Positions 47,518 through 55,709 of a DNA stretch of 64,000 nucleotides are shown here, one piece after another. Below the pieces are notes generated by a model that was not told the DNA's origin, made no database searches, and saw only the letters and a program-made list of their open reading frames with translations. Within the stretch, counting starts at the first letter, position 1. Each line of letters begins with the position of its first letter. The stretch comes from a virus. Its lineage: Duplodnaviria > Caudoviricetes. The position numbers and the translations under genes are program-made. The DNA lies in IMG/VR virus record IMGVR_UViG_3300037067_026376, positions 1-64,000 of that record; one strand, 5' to 3'.

Positions 47518-48162
47518 TTATGCTGCTTTTAGATTTTCTCGGATCTCCCGAAGTGCTGATGTGATTCTGTATTCGTCCCAGCCTTTGCCATGAAAGTAAT
47601 CATAGATTGCGTGCTGTTTCGCTTTCGCCCGGCTCATATTTGAGCGTTCCCGGAAATTACGTTCCATGATGAAATTATAGTTATAAATAATTTCATCATG
47701 CATCTGCCGTGCGTCCCTGCTCATGCTCTGAAGCGTGATGTCGATAAGAAGATCGCTTTCTTCCTCTTTCCATCCCTTTACCTCTCTCCCGCAGAACATA
47801 GCCCCCTGGGGCAGATTAAGGGAATCGCTTCCGTTATCTTCTGAGTTGATAGAATCAGTATATTGATGATACCGTTCCAATTCCTGATTTTCCTGCATTC
47901 TACCGTAGAACTCCCCGTTCTTTTTCTTGCCGCCGTTTATACTTCCCCGGCGTGCGTAATTATACATTTTCCAGAACAGAGATTTTGAGTAGAAGGTATG
48001 AAACTTAGCTGCAGAGGGATTGAATTTTTCTGCGCACAGCATAAATGTATCGTGTGCTACTTCTAAAAGCTCATCCCTGTCTATCCCAGTAGTTTGATGA
48101 ATATTTTTTACCGTGATATTAATAGCTTTTTCTACTTCTTTCGTATAGAGTTCTTCATACAT
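47518..48162 (-). CDS. Sigma-70 region-2-like transcription factor
   Basis: DRDELLEVAHDTFMLCAEKFNPSAAKFHTFYSKSLFWKMYNYAR resembles sigma region 2; C-terminal helical domain. Confidence 0.55.
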   Translation of the reverse strand: MYEELYTKEVEKAINITVKNIHQTTGIDRDELLEVAHDTFMLCAEKFNPSAAKFHTFYSKSLFWKMYNYARRGSINGGKKKNGEFYGRMQENQELERYHQYTDSINSEDNGSDSLNLPQGAMFCGREVKGWKEEESDLLIDITLQSMSRDARQMHDEIIYNYNFIMERNFRERSNMSRAKAKQHAIYDYFHGKGWDEYRITSALREIRENLKAA

Positions 48163-48245
48163 AGTATTGACTCTCCCTTTTATAATTTTGTTAAGCGTTT
48201 AAAAAACCTTACTCAATCCCTGCGTACAGGGAAAGAGTAAAACTT
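48163..48245 (-). repeat. Double-hairpin element 2
   Basis: TTACTC-aa-TCCCTG..CAGGGA-aa-GAGTAA. Confidence 0.85.
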
Positions 48246-48620
48246 TTAATTTTTTACGATTTCTCTTATTGCGTTTTCTACCGCATCCCAATTCATACCG
48301 TATTCATTATCTGTATGTCTTGAGATATGATCCAGAACCTCGCCAGCCTGAATATTGTTTATTTCGACATCCATTTCTTCCGCTTTTTCGTAGACGTCCG
48401 CAGTCTCCCATGTATCTACAATCGCAATCGTAGTTCCATATTTATCGTTTGTTTCAATCAGTTCAGCTTTTACGACATGGAAATCAGCATTCACTATTTC
48501 TTTTAATTCTTTAACTCTTGTCTCGGCGTCACCTTCATGAAGAAAGAATTCGCCGTGATCATCATGCGATAATTTGTTTCCGTTTCTGCTTTCGCCTGAT
48601 TTGATAAGATATACCTGCAT
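48246..48620 (-). CDS. Array gene, hypothetical
   Basis: C-terminal VLDHISRHTDNEYGMNWD motif. Confidence 0.6.
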   Translation of the reverse strand: MQVYLIKSGESRNGNKLSHDDHGEFFLHEGDAETRVKELKEIVNADFHVVKAELIETNDKYGTTIAIVDTWETADVYEKAEEMDVEINNIQAGEVLDHISRHTDNEYGMNWDAVENAIREIVKN

Positions 48621-48700
48621 AGTATTAACCCCTTTATAATTATATTTAAAGTTTTTAAAAACTTTACTCTATAGGTATATATACCTATAGAGTAAAATGT
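48621..48700 (-). repeat. Double-hairpin element 3
   Basis: Two perfect palindromes TAAAGTTTTTAAAAACTTTA and TTTACTCTATAGGTATATATACCTATAGAGTAAA. Confidence 0.9.
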
Positions 48701-48898
48701 TTAATTTCTTCCTGCGATTGCTATTCCCTGCGGATTATAAATTAATGCGACATCTTTTAAAGGTATTCCGCCTTTATCGAAAACATTACCTTTATCATCC
48801 ATGACGGATTTGCAGAAATCATTATAATAATATTTGAAATCCTTCGCCGTTCCTTTCCTTTCTAATCCGTCCTCTACGATCCAGTATTTTGCTTTCAT
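48701..48898 (-). CDS. Array gene, hypothetical (65 aa)
   Basis: ATG 48898 follows the element RBS. Confidence 0.6.
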   Translation of the reverse strand: MKAKYWIVEDGLERKGTAKDFKYYYNDFCKSVMDDKGNVFDKGGIPLKDVALIYNPQGIAIAGRN

Positions 48899-48978
48899 AA
48901 TATTAACCCCTTTATAATTATATTTAAACCTTAAAGGTTTACTCAATGACCCGTTTATACAGGTCAAAGAGTAACGCT
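48899..48978 (-). repeat. Double-hairpin element 4
   Basis: TAAACCT/AGGTTTA; TTACTC-aa-TGACC..GGTCA-aa-GAGTAA. Confidence 0.85.
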
Positions 48979-49416
48979 TTAATATTCCCCGGCTTCGTCT
49001 TCAATTTCTTCTGCGTATTCCCTGAATTTATTTTTGTCCTTGTAAACTATTTCATAGGATAATTCAGGACCGTCTTCAGTGTCTCTTGCATCATAATCAG
49101 CAATGATACAATTAATTGATTTCTCGCTGTCTGTTGCGACATAAGAGACAAACCCGGATTGTATCCCTATGACAATATTAATTTCGGGTTCGCTGTCGCT
49201 GGCTGGTTTTTCTTCTATTTTTCCGGCAGGATATAGAAATATTTCCGCAGTGCCGACGCTGTTTCCGTTAAAATCATTGAATCTGTCAAATAACGATTTT
49301 ATATCGTCATTCACTGCAATTTTTTTGCTGTACTCTGACAAGATTCTAGAGACTTCCTGACCTGGTTCGTCGCTAAATGCGTCGTTATCCAGATTGATTT
49401 TAATAACTAGTTCCAT
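48979..49416 (-). CDS. Array gene, hypothetical acidic protein
   Basis: INLDNDAF...DFNGNSVG domain plus a second acidic domain. Confidence 0.6.
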   Translation of the reverse strand: MELVIKINLDNDAFSDEPGQEVSRILSEYSKKIAVNDDIKSLFDRFNDFNGNSVGTAEIFLYPAGKIEEKPASDSEPEINIVIGIQSGFVSYVATDSEKSINCIIADYDARDTEDGPELSYEIVYKDKNKFREYAEEIEDEAGEY

Positions 49417-49497
49417 TACATTAACCCTTTATAATTTTATTTAAGTCTTAATAGACTTATACAAAGGGAAAATAATTTTTCCCTAAGCATAAATACA
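49417..49497 (-). repeat. Double-hairpin element 5
   Basis: TAAGTC/GACTTA; AGGGAAAA/TTTTCCCT. Confidence 0.85.
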
Positions 49498-49731
49498 TTA
49501 AAAATACGATAGATTTTTGATTGCTTTCTTGTCTTGTTCCCTATTCCCGATATGAATATTTTTAATTGCAGCCTGTAAAATTATTCTAGGAAGAATAAAA
49601 TCGTCGCTGTAATCCTCTTTATTGATCCCGCCACTGATTAATAAGCGTTCGCCCTCAGACTTCAAAAATGACTTGAAATCACAATTATTGATCAGCTCTT
49701 CATATTTTACTTTAAATTGTTCCTTTGTCAT
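49498..49731 (-). CDS. Array gene, hypothetical (77 aa)
   Basis: ATG 49731 follows the element RBS. Confidence 0.6.
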   Translation of the reverse strand: MTKEQFKVKYEELINNCDFKSFLKSEGERLLISGGINKEDYSDDFILPRIILQAAIKNIHIGNREQDKKAIKNLSYF

Positions 49732-49817
49732 ATAATTAAACCCCTTTATAATTATTGTTAAGATTTTAAAAAATCTTATGCAATGACCTGAATATATCAG
49801 GTCAAAACACAAAACTT
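49732..49817 (-). repeat. Double-hairpin element 6
   Basis: TAAGATTTT/AAAATCTTA; TGACCTG/CAGGTCA. Confidence 0.85.
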
Positions 49818-50129
49818 TTATTTTACATTCGCTATCATGTCACGCTTTAAACCGTCGCTGACATTCCATATAATGGGATAATTATTTTCCCTTTCATACA
49901 TTCTGTAATTATCTTTATTATATTTTTTCGGTAATAGATTATTCTCAAACATAATCGCCAATGCTGTTTGCTTGTAATGTTCGCCGTATCCGTAAACTAC
50001 AGGATCAGAAACAAATATTTTTCCGTCTTTTATGCGTTCGATATTTACAGAATGATAAGTATTACCATTTACTTTGTCGAACCAGCGCACAGCGGAAACA
50101 TTAAATAATATTACTCTTTGCTTTTTCAT
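49818..50129 (-). CDS. Array gene, conserved hypothetical phage protein
   Basis: RWFDKVNGNTYHS...YGYGEHY motif. Confidence 0.65.
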   Translation of the reverse strand: MKKQRVILFNVSAVRWFDKVNGNTYHSVNIERIKDGKIFVSDPVVYGYGEHYKQTALAIMFENNLLPKKYNKDNYRMYERENNYPIIWNVSDGLKRDMIANVK

Positions 50130-50218
50130 ATAATAAACCCCTTTATAATTTATTTAAGTCTTTTTAATAGACTTATAAAACAGGGATAATAAAATATTAT
50201 CCCTGAAATATAAATTGA
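50130..50218 (-). repeat. Double-hairpin element 7
   Basis: 85 bp identical to element 10. Confidence 0.9.
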
Positions 50219-51085
50219 TTAATTTTCGCTAATATATTTTTCGGCGAATACCCCAGTTGTTTTGAAATTGATTGCCGGGATAGAAATTGATTTTTCGTTA
50301 TGGTCAATGACTACAGAATTTGACGCTATCAGGTTTAAAAATTCCTGATATTTATTTTTTGTTTCCTGTAATTCTGAAACATATTTTTTTATATCGTCAA
50401 TTAAGGCGATATAAAATTTGTCGTAATCAAAAAATTTAGTTACGGAAAAATTACCGTCAAACACTGCGTAATATAAGTATTCGCTGTCAATATCCAGAAT
50501 ATCAGTTAAGATGAATTGAAGAATTGATCCCGATTGGTGATTTAACATTAACGCAGTGTCAATATTCCAATCTGAAGAATCCGGAAAATTATCAAAACTT
50601 GACCAAAAACCGTCGTAACTTGTGTAATGATCCCTTAAATATTGCGTCCATTCTTCCATATTATCAGAAATCAATTTTTTAATATTATCAATATTTTCCT
50701 TTGTGAATACAATTTCAATATTTACGGAATCGTTGTAAAAATTGTATTCTCTAGGCGAAACAATTTTCTGATAATTCAATTTCTTTATCAGATTATTTTT
50801 CACTAATATTGATTCAATTTCTGAAGCGCATTTTTTGCAAACCGCTGTTTCATATTCCCGATTTTTAAAATGATCATAAGATTTATTGTTTATGAATGAT
50901 TCAATCTTTTTTGATAATTCTTCGCTGTTATTATTCACTAATAATAAATCAATTTCACTGTTTCCAGTTTTTTTATTTTCGATCGATTCTTTTAAATCCT
51001 GTATGATATAATCATTATCAGGTTCAAAAAGAGTATTGTAAAAACCTGGGAATACCGGTAACCATGATTCAACTTTTTTATTCAT
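50219..51085 (-). CDS. Array gene, conserved hypothetical phage protein
   Basis: LPVFPGFYNT, SPREYNF and SYDGFWS motifs. Confidence 0.65.
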   Translation of the reverse strand: MNKKVESWLPVFPGFYNTLFEPDNDYIIQDLKESIENKKTGNSEIDLLLVNNNSEELSKKIESFINNKSYDHFKNREYETAVCKKCASEIESILVKNNLIKKLNYQKIVSPREYNFYNDSVNIEIVFTKENIDNIKKLISDNMEEWTQYLRDHYTSYDGFWSSFDNFPDSSDWNIDTALMLNHQSGSILQFILTDILDIDSEYLYYAVFDGNFSVTKFFDYDKFYIALIDDIKKYVSELQETKNKYQEFLNLIASNSVVIDHNEKSISIPAINFKTTGVFAEKYISEN

Positions 51086-51165
51086 AATATTAACCCTTTA
51101 TAATTAAATTTAAGGTTTTAAAAACCTTATCACTAGAGATATATTAATCTCTAATGATAAAAATT
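51086..51165 (-). repeat. Double-hairpin element 8
   Basis: TAAGGTTTT/AAAACCTTA; TTATCA..AGAGAT/ATCTCT..TGATAA. Confidence 0.85.
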
Positions 51166-51309
51166 TTAAAGTGGACGTAAACAGCTTGTCTTGAAAAACC
51201 AGTTTACGCCGTACCAGTCTTTATTTTTGCCGGTTAATTTTACAATATAAATTGTCCTTAATTCTTTTATTACAATTCCTGTCCCAATTCCTTTAACATA
51301 TACTTTCAT
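51166..51309 (-). CDS. Array gene, 47-aa SH3-like small protein
   Basis: Hand-translated MKVYVKGIGTGIVIKELRTIYIVKLTG...; exactly fills the space between elements 8 and 9. Confidence 0.6.
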   Translation of the reverse strand: MKVYVKGIGTGIVIKELRTIYIVKLTGKNKDWYGVNWFFKTSCLRPL

Positions 51310-51390
51310 ATATTAACCCCTTTATAATTTTATTTAAGTCTTAATAGACTTATGCAAAGGGAAAATTATTTTTCCCTAAGTATAAACATA
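51310..51390 (-). repeat. Double-hairpin element 9
   Basis: Near-identical to element 5 (3 substitutions in the core). Confidence 0.9.
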
Positions 51391-51567
51391 TTAAAAATTA
51401 TGATTTATCATCGGTTTATTATAATGTATATAATTATATATTTGTTGTTGTTCCTGCGGTGTAAAATCAGAAATTTTTATATATTTCTTTTTATTTTCCG
51501 ATTCATAAATAAAATTAGTTTTATCGTCATAAAACCAGCGATAATTATTAATTATAATTTTTTCCAT
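51391..51567 (-). CDS. Array gene, 58-aa hypothetical
   Basis: Hand-translated MEKIIINNYRWFYDDKTNFIYES...; fills the space between elements 9 and 10. Confidence 0.6.
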   Translation of the reverse strand: MEKIIINNYRWFYDDKTNFIYESENKKKYIKISDFTPQEQQQIYNYIHYNKPMINHNF

Positions 51568-51655
51568 AGTATTAACCCTTTATAATTTATTTAAGTCTTT
51601 TTAATAGACTTATAAAACAGGGATAATAAAATATTATCCCTGAAATATAAATTGA
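51568..51655 (-). repeat. Double-hairpin element 10
   Basis: Identical core to element 7. Confidence 0.9.
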
Positions 51656-52075
51656 TTAATAACCGTAAAGAATATCGGAAACATTCTTATTATATTTATC
51701 ATCACTATTTTTTAAAGCATAGAATAAATTTACTGTTCCGCCGCGCGGATCATGTTGAAATTCAGGAATGATTGAAATAAATTCGCTGATATTTATTTTC
51801 CCTGCGTACTCTTTTATTTTTCCTTCAATCAATTCTATTTCCCGATCAAATACAGTAAAATCATCTTTAATATATGCGTTTTTATCAGTTATGGAAAAAT
51901 GACCTTTGCGGGGAATATACCCCTTACCATTACATGAATTTTCGCATTGCCGCTGATGCTGTTTATAAAGTTTTCTCAATTTCATAAAAAGCATTACTTG
52001 ATCATAATTTAATACAAGTCCTGCACGCTCAGCGAATACCCCGACGATAAAATAATACAGTTTTGTATTTTTCAT
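51656..52075 (-). CDS. Array gene, conserved hypothetical
   Basis: QCENSCNG and HDPRGGTV motifs. Confidence 0.6.
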   Translation of the reverse strand: MKNTKLYYFIVGVFAERAGLVLNYDQVMLFMKLRKLYKQHQRQCENSCNGKGYIPRKGHFSITDKNAYIKDDFTVFDREIELIEGKIKEYAGKINISEFISIIPEFQHDPRGGTVNLFYALKNSDDKYNKNVSDILYGY

Positions 52076-52162
52076 ATAATTTTAACCCTTTATAATTTAT
52101 TTAAGATTTTTAAAAATCTTATAAAGACAGGGAATATATAATTCCCTGCTGATATAAAAATT
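52076..52162 (-). repeat. Double-hairpin element 11
   Basis: TAAGATTTTT/AAAAATCTTA; CAGGGAAT/ATTCCCTG. Confidence 0.85.
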
Positions 52163-52402
52163 TTAATAACTTTCGATCCATTCACTTAATGACATTTTAA
52201 AATTCATTCGATTAAATACTTTTTCAATGTCATTGATATTTTTTGTATTAATTAAATCGGATATTATATCAGATTTATAATTTTTAATTGTTTCTAATAT
52301 TGCATCGTATACATACCCATTTTTTACTAAAATTTCAATTGCTTTTTCCGTATTTGCGTCAAATTCTTTTATTAAAGATTCTTTTATCATTTTATAATTC
52401 AT
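52163..52402 (-). CDS. Array gene, hypothetical
   Basis: Between elements 11 and 12. Confidence 0.55.
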   Translation of the reverse strand: MNYKMIKESLIKEFDANTEKAIEILVKNGYVYDAILETIKNYKSDIISDLINTKNINDIEKVFNRMNFKMSLSEWIESY

Positions 52403-52489
52403 ATAATTTTACCCCTTTATAATTAGTATTAAGAATTTAAAAAATTCTTATCCATGAGTAATAATATTATTACTCATGGGAAAAACTTT
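52403..52489 (-). repeat. Double-hairpin element 12
   Basis: TAAGAATTT/AAATTCTTA; CCATGAGTAATAAT/ATTATTACTCATGG. Confidence 0.85.
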
Positions 52490-53314
52490 TTACTTTAATT
52501 TGAAATTAAAGCAATCCGTTTGAAATCCGCCGTAAACAGAATCATAATTATAACTGCGCTGAGCGTCGGCTTTTATTCCTATGCGATCATATTTTGCGTT
52601 GCCGTAACAAACAGGAATTGTCATTTTTTTAAACGTCTTATTCTCAAATTGACTGCCTGATCCCAGGAATTCGCCGAAAAAACCGAATTGAGTATTTTTG
52701 GGAATTTCTATTGATTTACAAGTTTTGATTTTTTCCTTTAATTCAAGAAAATCATTTAAAGAAATAGTAAACGGTAATTCCAGTAAACAAGCTCCGTATA
52801 CATTCGCATGTTCAGAAAGATAATCATCTTTTTTTATTCCCTTCCTTACTACTTTGAAAATCTCCGACAAATAACCTTTTTCCGACATAGTATCCATTGA
52901 ATTAGTACAGTCATAATTTGAATAAAATATCAGACTTGCCAATATTTCAGTATTAAGTAATTGATCATAATTCAAATTTACAACCGGATAAATCTCCAGT
53001 TCATTGATAAATTCTTTTATCAGTTTATCGTCAATTTCAGATTCTGAATGATCTGAAAGTAATATTTCAGCAATTTTTGATTTAAAATGATCAAATATTA
53101 TTTCTTCCTTAAAAAAATCTTCCTGCTGAAAGATATAATCTAGATTATTTTCATAAAGTTCATTGCAAAAATTATCGCTTCCCTCTTCTAGAATAGAAAT
53201 AATTTGATTTTTTGACAAATTGTCGCTGCGGTCAAAATCAATCTTGACCGGGTTTTTGTCGCAGTATTCCTGAATTTTAACTTGTAAATCAGCAATCATT
53301 TTTTCTTTTAACAT
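52490..53314 (-). CDS. Array gene, hypothetical acidic protein
   Basis: GFFGEFLGSGS and YDSVYG motifs. Confidence 0.6.
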   Translation of the reverse strand: MLKEKMIADLQVKIQEYCDKNPVKIDFDRSDNLSKNQIISILEEGSDNFCNELYENNLDYIFQQEDFFKEEIIFDHFKSKIAEILLSDHSESEIDDKLIKEFINELEIYPVVNLNYDQLLNTEILASLIFYSNYDCTNSMDTMSEKGYLSEIFKVVRKGIKKDDYLSEHANVYGACLLELPFTISLNDFLELKEKIKTCKSIEIPKNTQFGFFGEFLGSGSQFENKTFKKMTIPVCYGNAKYDRIGIKADAQRSYNYDSVYGGFQTDCFNFKLK

Positions 53315-53400
53315 AGTATTAACCCTTTATAATTAATATTTACGATTATTAAAAACCGTATAAAATGGCAGGAAAATTAATCCCTGTCAAAGTATCTGAT
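53315..53400 (-). repeat. Double-hairpin element 13 (degenerate)
   Basis: TACG/CGTA variant of hairpin 1; TGGCAGG/CCTGTCA. Confidence 0.7.
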
Positions 53401-53414
53401 TTTTAAATTAAAAG

Positions 53415-53680
53415 TTGCCGGATTGCTCCGGCTTACCAGATTTTATTGAAATTCTTTTTTAAAATTTGTTTTGCATAAATAAATTTTGGCAAAATTGAAT
53501 CATCATTATCCCAGACAACATTAGTAAGTCTTGATTCGTACCTATCTAAAAATTTTAAAAGTCTTTCTTCAGTCATATTTTTTATAGTTGTTTTATAATT
53601 TGTTTTCATAATTTGTTTTCCCGGACAATCTAACCCGGCATTTTGAGCCGGGTATTTTTTTATTTGCCGGATTGCTCCGG
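53415..53680. repeat. 17-bp direct repeat TTGCCGGATTGCTCCGG (GCAA-tetraloop hairpin on minus) at 53415-53431 and 53664-53680
   Basis: Exact match; flanks a 47-aa ORF. Confidence 0.8.
53433..53576 (-). CDS. 47-aa hypothetical protein lacking the array element
   Basis: Hand-translated MTEERLLKFLDRYESRL... Confidence 0.5.
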   Translation of the reverse strand: MTEERLLKFLDRYESRLTNVVWDNDDSILPKFIYAKQILKKNFNKIW

Positions 53681-53714
53681 TTTGGTGTGCTAATATACCA
53701 TGTGGTATTTTTTA

Positions 53715-53873
53715 AATTACTATTAAATATTTATAATCGTATAAAACGGCCATACATAGTTTGTAGCTGTTGTATTCCGGATATAATTCTTTCACTTTTT
53801 CTTTTGCTATTGCCATGCAATCATTCGTTAATATTTCTTTCACTTTGTTGTATTGAGATTTTGTTATTTTCAT
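53715..53873 (-). CDS. Array gene, 52-aa hypothetical
   Basis: Hand-translated MKITKSQYNKVKEIL...; preceded by element 14. Confidence 0.55.
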
Positions 53874-53956
53874 AATATTAACCCCTTTATAATTAAATTT
53901 AAGTTTATAAAAAACTTATTACAGGACACTTTTAAAATGTCCTGTTTATAAATCTT
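53874..53956 (-). repeat. Double-hairpin element 14
   Basis: TAAGTTT/AAACTTA; ACAGGACA/TGTCCTGT. Confidence 0.85.
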
Positions 53957-54118
53957 TTATTTACAGTAATTAAACCAGAATATTTTGTAGTCACTCCATA
54001 AAAATATATTATCTCTATCTTTATATTTTATCTCTTCAGCGATGTGATATATTTTTATATTATATTCTGATTCTATTCCGTTTTTTTGTTTGCATATTTC
54101 TTTTTTAAAATCAATCAT
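53957..54118 (-). CDS. Array gene, 53-aa hypothetical
   Basis: Hand-translated; fills the space between elements 14 and 15. Confidence 0.55.
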   Translation of the reverse strand: MIDFKKEICKQKNGIESEYNIKIYHIAEEIKYKDRDNIFLWSDYKIFWFNYCK

Positions 54119-54201
54119 ATAATCACCCTTTATAATTATAGTATAAGATTTAAAAAATCTTATGTAATGACTGTATTTAATACAGTCAAAACATAAAACT
54201 T
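54119..54201 (-). repeat. Double-hairpin element 15
   Basis: TTATGT-aa-TGACTGTATT/AATACAGTCA-aa-ACATAA. Confidence 0.88.
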
Positions 54202-54345
54202 TTAAGCGACTCTTTTTTGTCTCAATGCTAAGCGGCGAGAAAATATTTTTCCTGTTTTGTCTTTTTCAAAAATTGTTTTTACATACTGGACATTACCTTT
54301 CAGGTCATAACATTTAACAAATTTTGTTTCATTTACAATTTTCAT
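54202..54345 (-). CDS. Array gene, 47-aa basic protein
   Basis: Hand-translated MKIVNETKFVKCYDLKG... Confidence 0.5.
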   Translation of the reverse strand: MKIVNETKFVKCYDLKGNVQYVKTIFEKDKTGKIFSRRLALRQKRVA

Positions 54346-54346
54346 A

Positions 54347-54454
54347 TTATTTTACCTGTTTTTTTATTTTTGATTTTAAAGCATAGTAAGAAATTACTGC
54401 CGCTAACAATAACACCGCTTGTGATAATATTTCTAAAGTCTTTTTATCTAACAT
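54347..54454 (-). CDS. Array gene, 35-aa single-TM peptide
   Basis: MLDKKTLEILSQAVLLLAAVISYYALKSKIKKQVK; preceded by element 16. Confidence 0.55.
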   Translation of the reverse strand: MLDKKTLEILSQAVLLLAAVISYYALKSKIKKQVK

Positions 54455-54536
54455 AATATTAACCCTTTATTAATTAGATTTAAGATAAAAATTAATATCT
54501 TACTAGATAAGACAATTTGCATTGTCTTAAATAGTA
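54455..54536 (-). repeat. Double-hairpin element 16
   Basis: TAAGATA/TATCTTA; TTACTA..TAAGACAAT/ATTGTCTTA..TAGTAA. Confidence 0.85.
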
Positions 54537-54789
54537 ACATATTAAAAACTGCAAATATATTATTTATTCCAGATTCGACGATTTATAAAAAGATATAAAC
54601 CGGACAGGATAATATATTTGTCTTTGTGTTAAGTTTAGGGTTAATTATATAGGGTTATTAGATTTAATTATTTTGCTTTTGCCGTATTGATCGGGATATA
54701 CCCGGATTATACAGTGTTGCAAAGCCTTAATCTTAAAATTAAGTTTTAAATCGTCGAATTTCAAATAACCAGTTGTACTTTACATATAT

Positions 54790-54819
54790 AATATAGTAAT
54801 AATATCGGTTAAAAGTCAA
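54790..54819 (-). promoter_or_regulatory. Sigma70-like promoter heading the array
   Basis: TTGACT-N18-TATATT on the minus strand. Confidence 0.5.
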
Positions 54820-54829
54820 GAAAAAAAAG

Positions 54830-55700
54830 AAAAAAAAGTGAAAAAAGTTTACGTATGTAAACAAAAACAGGCAAAAATTGAACTTTTTTTAATAAAAAAT
54901 AGATAAATTCAGGGAAAAATAAAATAATGTCCGATATAAAATAAATATATCTATAAGAGCAATAGACATATAGACATATAGATAATAATAAACAGGATAT
55001 AACAATCAAATAATATAGAGATATAGAGTATCTGTATATAATGTATTATTTATATATTCAAATAATACGATATAATAGAGCTAAACAGGATATTATATAT
55101 TACATTAAATTGATTGATTATACAATACAGGATATATACAATACAGGATATATAAACAACAATATCCGATATAAAAGAAATATAAACAATAAGAGATAAA
55201 CAATAAAGTAATGATAATAAACAGGATATAATATATTTCTTCGAATTGATCGATTATACAATACCCGATATATAGTAAGAGTAAAGGGTAAGAAAATAAA
55301 GAAAAATATACAGGATACAGGGCAAAAGCAGGGAAAGAAATATATGGCGGCATACTATCTATTTATCTATATATTCAAATAATACGATATATATAACCTG
55401 ATTATATAAGCTTTTTATAAGACTGATAGTGCTATGAGACATAACATATATTAGAGGAAGTAATACTATATGGACATTTTCATATAAATGTCCATAAAAC
55501 ATAAAACCATGTCCTATAGCCTATTACACGTTGTTCAACCTCGTATAATTTTATGGAAATTTTTTCTGGCCTCCATTTCCTATAATATCCTCTCCCTTCT
55601 ATTACGAGACATTACTCCCGTATAATTTTATAGGAATTTTTTCCTACCCCCTTATTTCTATTAAGTATTTCTTTATTATATTCCGATATATATGTTATGG
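54830..55700. other. AT-rich repeat-rich non-coding divergence region
   Basis: ACAGGATAT x5; 24-bp direct repeat at 55051-55074 and 55368-55391; no credible ORF. Confidence 0.65.
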
Positions 55701-55709
55701 AGTAAATGA

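Noticed and set aside
48701-49812. Longer starts for the ORFs at 48701-48967 and 49498-49812
   Set aside because: The extensions run through the hairpin elements; the internal ATGs at 48898 and 49731 directly follow the conserved RBS.
47234-54536. CRISPR array
   Set aside because: Repeats are 80-89 bp and divergent, the intervening units are whole ORFs of variable length, and no cas genes are present.
47234-54536. Canonical integron attC sites
   Set aside because: No RYYYAAC/GTTRRRY boxes and no integron integrase in the window; kept only as a functional analogy.
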